Virus record (IMG/VR): IMGVR_UViG_2930960728_000001
DNA: 64,000 nucleotides
Direction: 5' to 3' (one strand)
DNA from: a virus
Shown in pieces: positions 19,087 through 28,683 of the stretch (positions are counted from its first letter, which is position 1; every line of letters starts with the position of its first letter). Both the position numbers and the translations under genes were made by a program. Below the pieces are notes generated by a model. That model was not told the origin of the DNA, did not search any database, and saw only the letters and a program-made list of their open reading frames with translations.

Positions 19087-20317
19087 GTATCAAGTGAATC
19101 GGCGAGTCAAGTTGGTTCTGGATACAGGTAAGGAAAAAGTGACGCTTGAAAATCTCAACCGGCTGAATCACTTACTAGAGATTCAGTTTAGTGTGCCATT
19201 TTCTAGCGAGCCCACACCAGATATTGCGACAGTGACCATCATGAACCTATCTAAGAAGACACGGGCTCTTTTTAAAAAAGGAGAGCACGTCACACTTTAC
19301 GCAGGCTATAAAGGCGATGTTGGGGTACTGACAGAAGGCAATATCAACAAAATACCACCGCTACTATGGTCAGGGGTTGATTCGCAATTTAGCTTCACCT
19401 TTATCCAAGGTGCCGATTATTCTAAGAAAAAAGACGTATCAATTACATTCAAGCGACAATCGGACGCTGAACAAGTTATCAAGGCGATTGCCAAAAAGTC
19501 AGGTATTCCGCTGAAATCAATCAAGCTACAAATTCCGAAGAAATTTAAAAAGGGCTATACAGCTGATGGTCAGCCGTTGGAACTGATTGAGTCTATCGCT
19601 AAGAAGTGTGGTTCTGTTCTCCGAATTGTGCGTGGAAAATACTGCGTGGTCTATGACACTAGTGCCAGTGATCTGCAAAGGATTGTACGGACACGACGTA
19701 CTGCAGTTCGTTCTGCTCACAACCACTATTTGACCAAGGTACGACAGCAGGAGACAGCAGCTAAGTATCGGTCGTCTACAACAGCAACAATCTCTAAGGA
19801 CCGGGAGCTTTACAAGAAGAATTTAACAGCTGCTCAGAATCGATTGAAAAAGACTAAGACCAAGAGCGGAAAGGAAGCAGCTAAAAAAGCAATCGCGCAC
19901 TGGCAAAAGCGTATCAGTGAGGTTGGAAGCTTGAAGTCTCATAAGAATGCAGTTGAATCCTATACCAAGCGTACGAAAGAGGTTAAGGACGCTAAGGATG
20001 ATTGGATTAATGCTAAGAAGTTGTTGACCAAGGCGGAGAGGGCGCTGAAGAAGGCCGGAGGGGCCAAAAAAAATAGCACGGCAACCAAGCCTGCTGAGTT
20101 TTTACTCTCAAACGAAACCGGGCTCACTGATGAGCCTGCCTACAGTGAAGATGACGATGGCGAATCATGGAGCTTTAGTTGCCTTTTACAGCACCGTATC
20201 ACGACGGATGCTGTCATCAAAGTTGAGAGTCGTAACTTGAAACGTACGATGGTTGTCGATAACGGGGAGCATGCCTATGATGGTTCGTCCTTCCTCACAA
20301 CGGGGGTGTTGAAGTAA
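19076..20317 (+). CDS. Baseplate hub protein with a basic helical insertion
   Basis: FSVPFSSEPTPD.A.VTIMNLS and LYAGYKGD hub motifs; Lys-rich insertion at about 19661..20090. Confidence 0.78.
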   Translation: MAAKYQVNRRVKLVLDTGKEKVTLENLNRLNHLLEIQFSVPFSSEPTPDIATVTIMNLSKKTRALFKKGEHVTLYAGYKGDVGVLTEGNINKIPPLLWSGVDSQFSFTFIQGADYSKKKDVSITFKRQSDAEQVIKAIAKKSGIPLKSIKLQIPKKFKKGYTADGQPLELIESIAKKCGSVLRIVRGKYCVVYDTSASDLQRIVRTRRTAVRSAHNHYLTKVRQQETAAKYRSSTTATISKDRELYKKNLTAAQNRLKKTKTKSGKEAAKKAIAHWQKRISEVGSLKSHKNAVESYTKRTKEVKDAKDDWINAKKLLTKAERALKKAGGAKKNSTATKPAEFLLSNETGLTDEPAYSEDDDGESWSFSCLLQHRITTDAVIKVESRNLKRTMVVDNGEHAYDGSSFLTTGVLK

Positions 20318-20661
20318 TGGCAAATAAGCGACCGGAATTGAAATTTTTCCGATTCTTTGCTCGAAAGGTCAAGCGGGAAACCCATGTTCATCTTCTTTGC
20401 CGCGTAGTTTCAGTTGAGCCAGATCATACCTGTACCGTACAGCCACAAGACCTTGCGCCTGATGGTGATAAGCGAGGCATGATTCTGAGCGTACGAATTC
20501 CTAAACATGCTCGAGACGATGTCAAAAAGGATGTCAGCGTTAGTGTGGGCTTCTTTGATCGCGACGTTTCAGAAGCAGATGTAGGCGATACAGGGGATAT
20601 TTCAAACGCTTCAGACCGTTTGCATAGCTTGAACGATGCTTTTATCGAGGCGGTGTTTTAA
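20317..20661 (+). CDS. Baseplate spike protein
   Basis: 114 aa OB-fold-like protein after the hub; RLHSLNDAF C-terminus. Confidence 0.65.
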   Translation: MANKRPELKFFRFFARKVKRETHVHLLCRVVSVEPDHTCTVQPQDLAPDGDKRGMILSVRIPKHARDDVKKDVSVSVGFFDRDVSEADVGDTGDISNASDRLHSLNDAFIEAVF

Positions 20662-21059
20662 TGGAACTACGAGATTTAAAACAAGATGAGAACGGCGATT
20701 TAGTCATCGAAAATGGCGAGATGCAGACAGTTATTGGTAAAGAGGAATTGGCCCAAGGCATCCGCACCATCATCAGTAATCAGCTGGGGGATGCGCCACT
20801 AGAACCCGATTTGGGAATGGACTATGAAAATCTAATCGGTGAAGACTTTAACGAAGCCTTTGCGCAAGCCGATTTTGAAGACGCCATTTTGGAGCAGGAA
20901 CCCCGAGTGGTAGCCATCACAGATACCATTTTTAATCTGGATCATAAAACGCGAATTTTGTCGGTAACATTGAAGATGACCGTTGATATGAATCAGACGG
21001 GCAATGAGGATGACCAAGAGGAAATAGAACAGGAGGTGACGATTGATGGCGGAAACTGA
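20661..21059 (+). CDS. Sheath initiator / wedge protein (DUF2634, gp25-like)
   Basis: DENGDLVI and GDAPLEPDLGMDY motifs. Confidence 0.75.
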   Translation: MELRDLKQDENGDLVIENGEMQTVIGKEELAQGIRTIISNQLGDAPLEPDLGMDYENLIGEDFNEAFAQADFEDAILEQEPRVVAITDTIFNLDHKTRILSVTLKMTVDMNQTGNEDDQEEIEQEVTIDGGN

Positions 21060-22223
21060 TACTGAGTACGGACTAACGCCGCAAGGTTATGTAGCGGAGC
21101 CAGAGGACGCGATTCAAATTGACCTATTTGAGCTTGCCGGTAGTCTGATGGGTTCTAATATTGGAACGGCTGAAAAGTCTATCTTAGGTAGTTTTATCCG
21201 TATCGTGGCTCACCGAATGGCTAAGTACGAGCAAACTATCGGGCACGTTTGGGACTCGTGGTTTTTCGATACCGCAACAGGGATTACCTTAGACAAGGTT
21301 GTTGCCTTATTAGGACTAACCCGAAATAAATCACAACCAGCTTACGTGTCTTTATCTTTCACCGGAAAAGCAGGAACAGTGATTGAAGCTGATGAGATGT
21401 TTGAAACGGAAGATGGACAAACCTTCATACTTGAAGATGCAGTTATTTTGGATGCCGATGGCAATGGTTCCGGCATCGCTGTCTCGATGGATGAGTCAGC
21501 TGATGCGAATGTCGCAGCAGGTACGATTACTAAGCAGACCATGCCGGTTGAAGAGATCATTTCGGTCACTAATCCAGTGGCAGCGACTGGTGGTATGACT
21601 ACTGAGGATGATGAGACTTTTAAGAACCGGGTAAAAGTCTTCGAAGAATCACTTTCGGGGCTACTCGTGACGGAATCAGATCATCAGTGGCTAACGTGGC
21701 CGGAGTCGATCAAGTGGAGGTCAACGTCAATGATACCAATGAAGTTGACGAAAATAGTGACCCACCAAAATCAATTCACGTCTATGTTGCAGGTGGCATC
21801 GATGGTGATGTAGCTCAAGCTATTAGCGATACTCTTGCTGGTGGGACTCAGACAGTAGGGGCAACGGTATGCAAGGTGCTGGACCGTGGCGGACACCTGC
21901 AAGAGATTCACTTTGACCGTCCAACTGGCGTGCCAATCTTTATGGCGGTCACGCTTGATACTGACAGCACCTTATTTGAGACAGATGGAATTGACCAAAT
22001 TAAAACCAACATCAAAACGTATCTTAACTCTCTAACGATGGGAGATAAGGTGCGTTTTACTTATCTCTACACTTTAGTTTATGGCGTTGTCGGTGTAACT
22101 GATGCAGAGATTAAGATTGGGCGCACAACTGATACTTTAGCAGCGTCCGATATCCAGCTAGAGACCTTTGAGTCAGCAACTTATGCTCCGGGCAATATCG
22201 AGGTGGTAACTAATGCAAATTGA
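21046..22223 (+). CDS. Baseplate J-like protein (one-base frameshift near 21657-21661, probably a sequencing error)
   Basis: ATGITLD and AATGGMTTEDDETFKNR motifs; adding one base in the tcgggg run joins ORF 21043 to ORF 21687 (SGATRDGIRSSVANVAGV). Confidence 0.85.
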
Positions 22224-22872
22224 TCCAACAATTAAGGAATTACCGCCATCTTTTGATCGGTCTACTGGGTCGAACAATTGGAAGATGATGCAGTTGGTCG
22301 AACAGCCGATAGGTGCTGGTGAGAAGCGATTGGATATGCTGTTGAAAATGCGGTCACTAGACACTGCTGAGGGCGGATTCCTAGACAGAATAGGTAACCT
22401 CATTGGAGTTTATCGAGGACAGATGGATGACGACTTCTATCGGCGAATGATTTACGCACGTCTTGCGCGACGTCATACCGATGGGACCATCAACCAGATT
22501 TATGATGTTGTCTCGGTCATCCTCTCTGCGGACCCACACGAATTTTGGGTACGCCCTCTTTGGAACGCAACTGGTGAACCAATGGCCATTGAGGTCTTGA
22601 ATGTCCCGGCAATCTACATTGACTCACAGGAGAAGGAAGCAATGTTGCTTGATCAGGTCCGAGCATCCGTTGCAGCACCGACCAGAGTGGCAACAATTCA
22701 ATTTAGAACGACGGTCAAAAGTAATCTCTATATGACCTCTTACACTATGGTTCACCAGAACATCCGGTCAACTATGAACATCGCGCAGGACCGCCACATC
22801 TCGATGCAAGGACAAGCTGGCTTAGCTAGTGTCACCAAAATTAGACAAACAATTAAAGCAAAGGAGGGGTAA
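22213..22872 (+). CDS. Baseplate wedge protein (DUF2612/DUF2313-like)
   Basis: AEGGFLDRIGNLIGVYR and DDFYRRMI motifs. Confidence 0.78.
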   Translation: MQIDPTIKELPPSFDRSTGSNNWKMMQLVEQPIGAGEKRLDMLLKMRSLDTAEGGFLDRIGNLIGVYRGQMDDDFYRRMIYARLARRHTDGTINQIYDVVSVILSADPHEFWVRPLWNATGEPMAIEVLNVPAIYIDSQEKEAMLLDQVRASVAAPTRVATIQFRTTVKSNLYMTSYTMVHQNIRSTMNIAQDRHISMQGQAGLASVTKIRQTIKAKEG

Positions 22873-22874
22873 TA

Positions 22875-24770
22875 GTGGCAAGTAATGACGAGCAGAGAAG
22901 TGCAACAACCATCTTCACGACTGCCGCCCAGTCAATAGCCGCACGGCTTATCGCCAATAAGACGACGGCAAAATTTACCAAGGCAGAAATCAGCACCACT
23001 AATCTTTTTAATCAATCGGTTACCGAGCTACAAGTCCTAACATCTCTGGATAATGTGCAGCAGACAGCTGATATTAATACCGTGACAGTCATCAACAACA
23101 ATACTGTCAATGTCAATGTTGCAATCGACCAAACCAAAGCACCTAATGATTATCAAATGAATTCGGTGGGGTTGTATGCCAAGGACGGTGATGGTAAGGA
23201 AGTGCTGTACAGTGTCACTGTTCTAAAGGACCCTGTTTATATCCATCAAGACGCAATGGGGTCGGCCTTAGGAATCGATCTGGAAACCGTAGTAGGTCAA
23301 TCCAGTAATGTTGACCTATCAATCAACCCAGCTGGTGCAGTGACCAACGAAGCGTTGAAAGTGACTTTGGCTGATTACGTCAAAACGGACGATGTGGAAA
23401 GCCTTATCCCTGCCACCGTTATCGACGGTAGCAAGCCAGCGGACTTCAAGGAGTCCGTTACGCTTGAAAAGGGTGCGGTGGACGGTGCTGGCAATGCCAT
23501 TGCGACCAGCAAGAATTTAGCCGATGGCGACGCGGAAATACTCAAGTCGGCCAAGGAATACGCGGACACGCAGGCTAGTGGCAAAGCTGACGATAGTAAG
23601 GTAGTTCATAAAACTGGAGACGAAGAGATTTCGGGTAGTAAGACTTTTGATACTGCACCAGTAGATAAAACAACAGGTAACCCATACATTACTGTTACTG
23701 ATTTAAACAATGGATTGAGTACAAAAGTTACTGATAACAAAAATGGTACTGAACAACTTAATGGGGTTCAGGTACAGCCGTTCAATAAGTTATCAGATAC
23801 TATTGGTGGACGTAACCTGTTAGTTGGTACAAGTGGAACATTACAAACTGTGACTAATGTTACTGGCTGGAACACTAATTTGCCAAGTTATACTCTAGTG
23901 GCGACAACAGTTGCTAGTGATACAACTTATACAGTCAGGTCATGGATAGCACCAGCTTCATATGACATGTGGGTTCAACTGAAGTGGACAGAATCATCAG
24001 GTACATTGCACTTTGGAACCGGTAATACTATATCCGCTGGTGCATCTGGGTACTCTACATGGACAGGGACAGTTCCAGCTGGCAGTACTCTTCAGAATGT
24101 CCAAATAGCTTTTACTAAACCACAATCAACAGCTTCAAGTGTATCATATAAAGAATTTAAACTAGAAAAAGGTTCAATAGCCACTGATTGGTCGCCTGCA
24201 CCAGAAGATAAAGTTAACGTATCTGATATGCGCAAGCCGGCTAGTGATGTAGCTGGAATAGAAGAGGTTAACGCCAAGCAAGATAAGTTGGATTACACAC
24301 CCGCTAACAACGCCAATGTGGTTCACCGCAATCCGGACACTGGGGTTGTTTCTGAACCTGTTGATTTCACCAAGCTTACTGTGAACGGAGGTAAATCAGT
24401 CGCTACCAGCGACGATTTGAAAAGCCTTGAAGCAAGTGCTTGGAAACTATTGGTAAATAGTGATGCTACTACTGCTTTTTATCGACTTGTTGACGGCACA
24501 CTATATATATCTGGGTATGCACGCGTAGGGGGAAATGGTGGTAACACATACGCTAGTCTGACAATAGTTAGTCAACTTCCAACAGAATTACAAAATAAAG
24601 TATGGACTATCCAAAAGAAAATGACAGTAGGACTTAACAGTGGTGACTATGCGATGACTGCCGATTTATCTTTTGGTAAAGATTCATCTTTGTCTGCCAC
24701 TTCTAGCGTTCCAAATGGTTGGACCCATGACGGTATCGTAATTTTTAATAACTCATATACACAAAGTTAG
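22875..24770 (+). CDS. Tail fibre / receptor-binding protein
   Basis: N-terminal fibre anchor (SVGLYAKDGDGKEVLYSV), VVHKTGDEEISGSKTF repeat, GRNLL...KLEKGSIATDWSPAPED carbohydrate-binding-type module. Confidence 0.85.
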   Translation: MASNDEQRSATTIFTTAAQSIAARLIANKTTAKFTKAEISTTNLFNQSVTELQVLTSLDNVQQTADINTVTVINNNTVNVNVAIDQTKAPNDYQMNSVGLYAKDGDGKEVLYSVTVLKDPVYIHQDAMGSALGIDLETVVGQSSNVDLSINPAGAVTNEALKVTLADYVKTDDVESLIPATVIDGSKPADFKESVTLEKGAVDGAGNAIATSKNLADGDAEILKSAKEYADTQASGKADDSKVVHKTGDEEISGSKTFDTAPVDKTTGNPYITVTDLNNGLSTKVTDNKNGTEQLNGVQVQPFNKLSDTIGGRNLLVGTSGTLQTVTNVTGWNTNLPSYTLVATTVASDTTYTVRSWIAPASYDMWVQLKWTESSGTLHFGTGNTISAGASGYSTWTGTVPAGSTLQNVQIAFTKPQSTASSVSYKEFKLEKGSIATDWSPAPEDKVNVSDMRKPASDVAGIEEVNAKQDKLDYTPANNANVVHRNPDTGVVSEPVDFTKLTVNGGKSVATSDDLKSLEASAWKLLVNSDATTAFYRLVDGTLYISGYARVGGNGGNTYASLTIVSQLPTELQNKVWTIQKKMTVGLNSGDYAMTADLSFGKDSSLSATSSVPNGWTHDGIVIFNNSYTQS

Positions 24771-24781
24771 GAGGAAAAGAA

Positions 24782-25210
24782 ATGCCAATTTATTACGTAA
24801 AATCAGATTCAGATAACAAGTTTCCAGATAAAGATACTACACCCGTACTTGAACCAGCGGATGACTTACGGGCAGTCAATATCCCAACTACCTCGGTTCA
24901 ATACTTCACGCGATACTGGTGGATGTATGCATTCAAGAGTAATGATTCGCAAGAAGTCACAGCTCCGGGTAACTTACCCAATTTGGATATTGATTACCTG
25001 CAAGGATTGATTGACCAGCAAGGCGAACAAGCCGAAAAGCGGGACAAAACCATCGAAGGCTTGCAAACAGCATTGGGAAGCGCCACAAAGGATCAAGTAG
25101 AAGCCCAGCAACAGTTTGTCACTACGCAAGAGCAATTTCAAAAGCAATTCGGTAGTCTTTCGCAACAAATAGTAGCTGTTCAAAAACAGCTTGCAACTAA
25201 GGCAGAATAG
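24782..25210 (+). CDS. Hypothetical protein, fibre chaperone-like, Gln-rich coiled coil
   Basis: GGAGG RBS; position after the fibre gene. Confidence 0.6.
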   Translation: MPIYYVKSDSDNKFPDKDTTPVLEPADDLRAVNIPTTSVQYFTRYWWMYAFKSNDSQEVTAPGNLPNLDIDYLQGLIDQQGEQAEKRDKTIEGLQTALGSATKDQVEAQQQFVTTQEQFQKQFGSLSQQIVAVQKQLATKAE

Positions 25211-25221
25211 GAGGAATCATC

Positions 25222-25389
25222 ATGGGAAACAATCCATTTTCAGCACCAAACATTGAAGATGCTAAGTTGTATGCTTCATGGGGGTTAGACATTGGCTATA
25301 TGGTCAATTGGTGTATCACACCAGAACAGTACAAAGAGCTGACTGGTAAGGATTACACGGCACCGACGACGGATACTACTACCGCCTAG
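25222..25389 (+). CDS. xkdX: XkdX family protein (55 aa, absent from the ORF track)
   Basis: Translated by hand: MGNNPFSAPNIEDAKLYASWGLDIGYMVNWCITPEQYKELTGKDY...; ITPEQYKELTG motif; GGAGG RBS. Confidence 0.8.
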   Translation: MGNNPFSAPNIEDAKLYASWGLDIGYMVNWCITPEQYKELTGKDYTAPTTDTTTA

Positions 25390-25414
25390 GTGCTTTTATT
25401 TTGGAGGCGTAAGC

Positions 25415-25846
25415 ATGCATCGTATTAAAGATGGCCCGGTTCAACGGGCCTTTTCGCATTGGAATCATTTCTGTTTTGGCTTGTTTTCAATGATAGGCGG
25501 CTTGTATATTTGGTTTCATCAGGGCTATTTAGATGATCCACGGGTGACACCACCGCCACCACCTTCACCAGCTGAGCATGCAATCTTTGCCTTTGCTGAC
25601 GACTGGTGGTTTTCATTGTGGTTAATTATCTGTGGCATCGCTATTCTGGTTGGCGTCTTTCATAACCGGCGGTTGCTACGTGATGGCGGACTAGTCGCCC
25701 TATCACCGGCAATGGGGGCTTTATCAGTGGCTTTTATTGTTCGGGGCTTGTTTGATGTGCGGTTTAACCTAACGTGGGTGTTCGCTTTACTCATGCTGTT
25801 CTTGCTAGTCGGTACATTGATTAGGGGGGACACGCATGGATATTAA
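25415..25846 (+). CDS. Multi-pass membrane protein of the lysis cassette
   Basis: About four hydrophobic segments and a PPPPPSP loop. Confidence 0.65.
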   Translation: MHRIKDGPVQRAFSHWNHFCFGLFSMIGGLYIWFHQGYLDDPRVTPPPPPSPAEHAIFAFADDWWFSLWLIICGIAILVGVFHNRRLLRDGGLVALSPAMGALSVAFIVRGLFDVRFNLTWVFALLMLFLLVGTLIRGDTHGY

Positions 25847-26219
25847 GTCCTGGGCAGTTGCTTTAGGTGCGCTGGGAACGTTTGTAACTACCATATGGGC
25901 TGTTATTCATGGCTACCATTCAGACGCCCACCAAGCTGAACATGATCGTCAAGATATGGATAAGTACCGACAAGGCATGGAAAAGTACATCATGGAACAA
26001 GTCAAAGCCGATAATGAGTCGCTTCGCAAAGAACGTGAGAATGATCAAGCACAATTTGCGAAAGATTTGAACGAATTGAAGGCTAAGAAAGATGCCATGG
26101 AACAAGAACTTAACCAGCAGATTGCCTTGAAGGTTAGTGAGAATGAAGCTTTACGAAAACGCAATGCCGCTTTAGAACGTGAGAATCAAGCGTACCGGGA
26201 ACGGTATGGTGAACTTTAG
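25836..26219 (+). CDS. Single-TM coiled-coil protein (holin-like accessory)
   Basis: N-terminal hydrophobic helix followed by a charged coiled coil. Confidence 0.6.
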   Translation: MDIKSWAVALGALGTFVTTIWAVIHGYHSDAHQAEHDRQDMDKYRQGMEKYIMEQVKADNESLRKERENDQAQFAKDLNELKAKKDAMEQELNQQIALKVSENEALRKRNAALERENQAYRERYGEL

Positions 26220-26230
26220 GAGGAAAAAGC

Positions 26231-26749
26231 ATGAATGAATTTACGAAGATTATTAAATTACTCAACGACACCGGTATCTTAGGTGTCTTAATTTTTTTCT
26301 TGATTGGCTGGTTTACCCGGATCAATCCGGCTTTAAAGACCAAGATTGCAGCGAATAAGTCCGCTACTCAGCGCGAAGTGTTGGGGCTCTTAGACACATT
26401 GGCGTTCAGTGCTGTCAACAAGGCGGCCACTAATTATGAAATGCCAGGGGAAGAAAAGCGTGAGCAGGCGATTGCTGATGTAACAGGCCAAATGAAAATA
26501 TTTGGTCATGATAGTCTGGCACCGGCAATTATTTCAGCAGCCATCGAAAAAGCATATCAGTCGATGACAACAACAGATACGAAAGCCCAAACAAAACAGG
26601 CTGAATACAATGCCGCTCTGGCGGACACAGAGCAAGCGTTCGCTGATAAGCAAGCACAACTGGACAAGCAAGCTGCGACAGTGCCCGCTGAACCAGCACC
26701 TTTAAATGTGCCCGAAAAGACGGCCACTACGGAGGGAGATGTGAAGTAA
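26231..26749 (+). CDS. Holin, LL-H type
   Basis: N-terminal TM; GEEKREQA and ISAAIEKAY motifs; directly before the endolysin. Confidence 0.8.
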   Translation: MNEFTKIIKLLNDTGILGVLIFFLIGWFTRINPALKTKIAANKSATQREVLGLLDTLAFSAVNKAATNYEMPGEEKREQAIADVTGQMKIFGHDSLAPAIISAAIEKAYQSMTTTDTKAQTKQAEYNAALADTEQAFADKQAQLDKQAATVPAEPAPLNVPEKTATTEGDVK

Positions 26750-27800
26750 TGCCACATTATGATGTTGTGGATACGTCCAATAACAACGGAATCATGACCG
26801 TTAGCAATTGGCGCTCAATGAAAAAATATGGGGTCAAAGCCATGATAGCTAAGCTATCCGAAGGCACGTACTTCACTGACCAAACGGCCAAGCAAAGCAT
26901 TCGTAACGCGGTATCTGCTGGCTTACACGTCAACGGCTATCACTTTGCCCGATTTACGACAGTGGCTGGTGCTAAGGCTGAAGCCCAGATGGCAGCCCGA
27001 AGTGCGCTTAAGGCAGGATTGGGCAAGAGCAGTGTGATCGTACTTGACTTTGAAGCCACCAACTCTGGTTGGAATCAGAACTCTAAAATTGTTAAGGCCT
27101 GGATCAACGAAGTCCATCGCATGGGCTATCCAAGACGGACGTCTACACGATGGGGAGCTGGATTAATTCAGTGCCGTTGAACAACTCGGGCCGTGGCGGT
27201 TGGGTGGCTAACTATCCTTATAACCCGTCCGGGTTTAAGCTTTATACCGGATATAACGGCTGGCAATGGACGTCAAGCATGCACTTCCCGGGCTGCTATG
27301 GAACATTTGACGTGTCCCAGATGTATTCAAACTACTACTATGGGACAGCAACTAAGGCAGTTAAGCCAAAGAAGGCCATCTACTACCGGTACAATCCTAA
27401 GATGATCTATGCACGGACACCGATTAATCGCTATAAGGACATTAGCTTCAAACACAAAGTGGACAGCTTCCCAGTGGGTACGGTGTTTGCGATTGCCAAA
27501 GTGATTAAATACGACAAAATCACCCGATTCCAGTTGGCTAACGGGTACTATATCACGTCTAACCAAGCCAATGTAAATCGGCTTTACTATGTGGCTGGTG
27601 GTGATGTCAAACGGGTAAAGTCTGTTCGCGGTACTCACCGGTACAAGGACAAAGCCCTTAAGCATGTTGTTGATTGGCAACCAGCTGGGACTGAGTTTGA
27701 TGTCGCTAAGATCGTCAAGTATGGAGACACAACTCGGATTCAGCTGGCTAATGAATTATTTATTAGTGGCAACAAAAAGATTAACAAATTTTTCAAATAA
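26749..27800 (+). CDS. GH25 endolysin with two C-terminal DUF5776-like repeats (one-base frameshift near 27130, probably a sequencing error)
   Basis: VDTSNNN, AKLSEGTY, GYHFARF, LDFE and WVANY...WQWTS motifs; adding one C in tatccaag gives GYPKTDVYTMGSW. Confidence 0.9.
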
Positions 27801-27844
27801 GAGTATAGTATAAGATATACCTGTACGTTACTGATTTAGAAAAG

Positions 27845-27878
27845 GGCGCTCACTCCTAACGGGGTGGGCGCCTTTTTT
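27845..27878 (+). terminator. Terminator after the endolysin
   Basis: GGCGCTCACTCC-TAAC-GGGGTGGGCGCC-TTTTTT. Confidence 0.8.
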
Positions 27879-27965
27879 GTGTATGATAAATTAATCTTGA
27901 ACGATTGTGGAAAAAAACTGCATAAAGTTGTAAAATTGATGAAAAGAACAAAAAGGAGCGGTAAT

Positions 27966-28676
27966 ATGGCAATTCCATCGAACAGTGACACATTTAAAAT
28001 GCAAAAAAAATCTCCTCAACAGTATCTGGATGAAAGGATTTCATTTGCAAATAGAGCTTTAATTGGTAGTGCCATTTCTGTTGCGTATCAGAATGTAGTT
28101 GAATACATGCACAAGTCTCCGGATTTTTTAAAGACACAGCATGCCCAGAAGCTATTACCAGAGATTAAGAACATGGCTGTTGAATATACTTTAATTCAAG
28201 CTTGCAATAATGGAATTATTCCTTTAACGTGGTCAGTTGAACAGAACACAAATAGATCCGGCTGTTTTGTCGAATTGAAGTCGGACGATAATGGATGTGT
28301 GTTTACAATAAATCAGACAAAAAGCAGGGGAACCAAAAGCCGTAAAGCCAAGTTCCGTGAAGATTTAGATGATGTATTTCAATCTAAGCTGATTTTGTTT
28401 TCAAGTGATGCAGAAGCAGTAAATAATTCGATAATAAATGAGCGACCTCTTTATTTTGAAATTAATCACGGGTATCAAAGTACGGAACCTCTATTTGCTG
28501 TCGTTGGACGACCTAATTTAGATGCAGGGTGGGAAATGCAATATTCACTATTAAATCAAGTTCAACTTTTATCTAAAGGTGAATCTAATGATATCAAGAC
28601 AGCGGCGCATGATCTTGAAGATTTTAGCAACTCCGATTTTGAAGAATATGCAGGTTTAAATGTTAATAAGGAATGA
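27966..28676 (+). CDS. Hypothetical protein, candidate RosmerTA-like toxin partner
   Basis: 236 aa, AT-rich, AAGGAG RBS; 7 nt before the XRE-peptidase gene. Confidence 0.6.
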   Translation: MAIPSNSDTFKMQKKSPQQYLDERISFANRALIGSAISVAYQNVVEYMHKSPDFLKTQHAQKLLPEIKNMAVEYTLIQACNNGIIPLTWSVEQNTNRSGCFVELKSDDNGCVFTINQTKSRGTKSRKAKFREDLDDVFQSKLILFSSDAEAVNNSIINERPLYFEINHGYQSTEPLFAVVGRPNLDAGWEMQYSLLNQVQLLSKGESNDIKTAAHDLEDFSNSDFEEYAGLNVNKE

Positions 28677-28683
28677 GTAGGTA

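Noticed and set aside
21650-21670. Programmed frameshift or pseudogene in baseplate J
   Set aside because: One missing base in a G run restores a normal protein, the same error type as in the terminal repeat.
22875-24770. Diversity-generating retroelement or invertible shufflon at the tail fibre
   Set aside because: No reverse transcriptase, no template/variable repeat pair and no invertase are visible.
27121-27160. Split endolysin producing separate catalytic and binding polypeptides
   Set aside because: The break falls inside the GH25 domain, and one added C restores it. Most likely a sequencing error.
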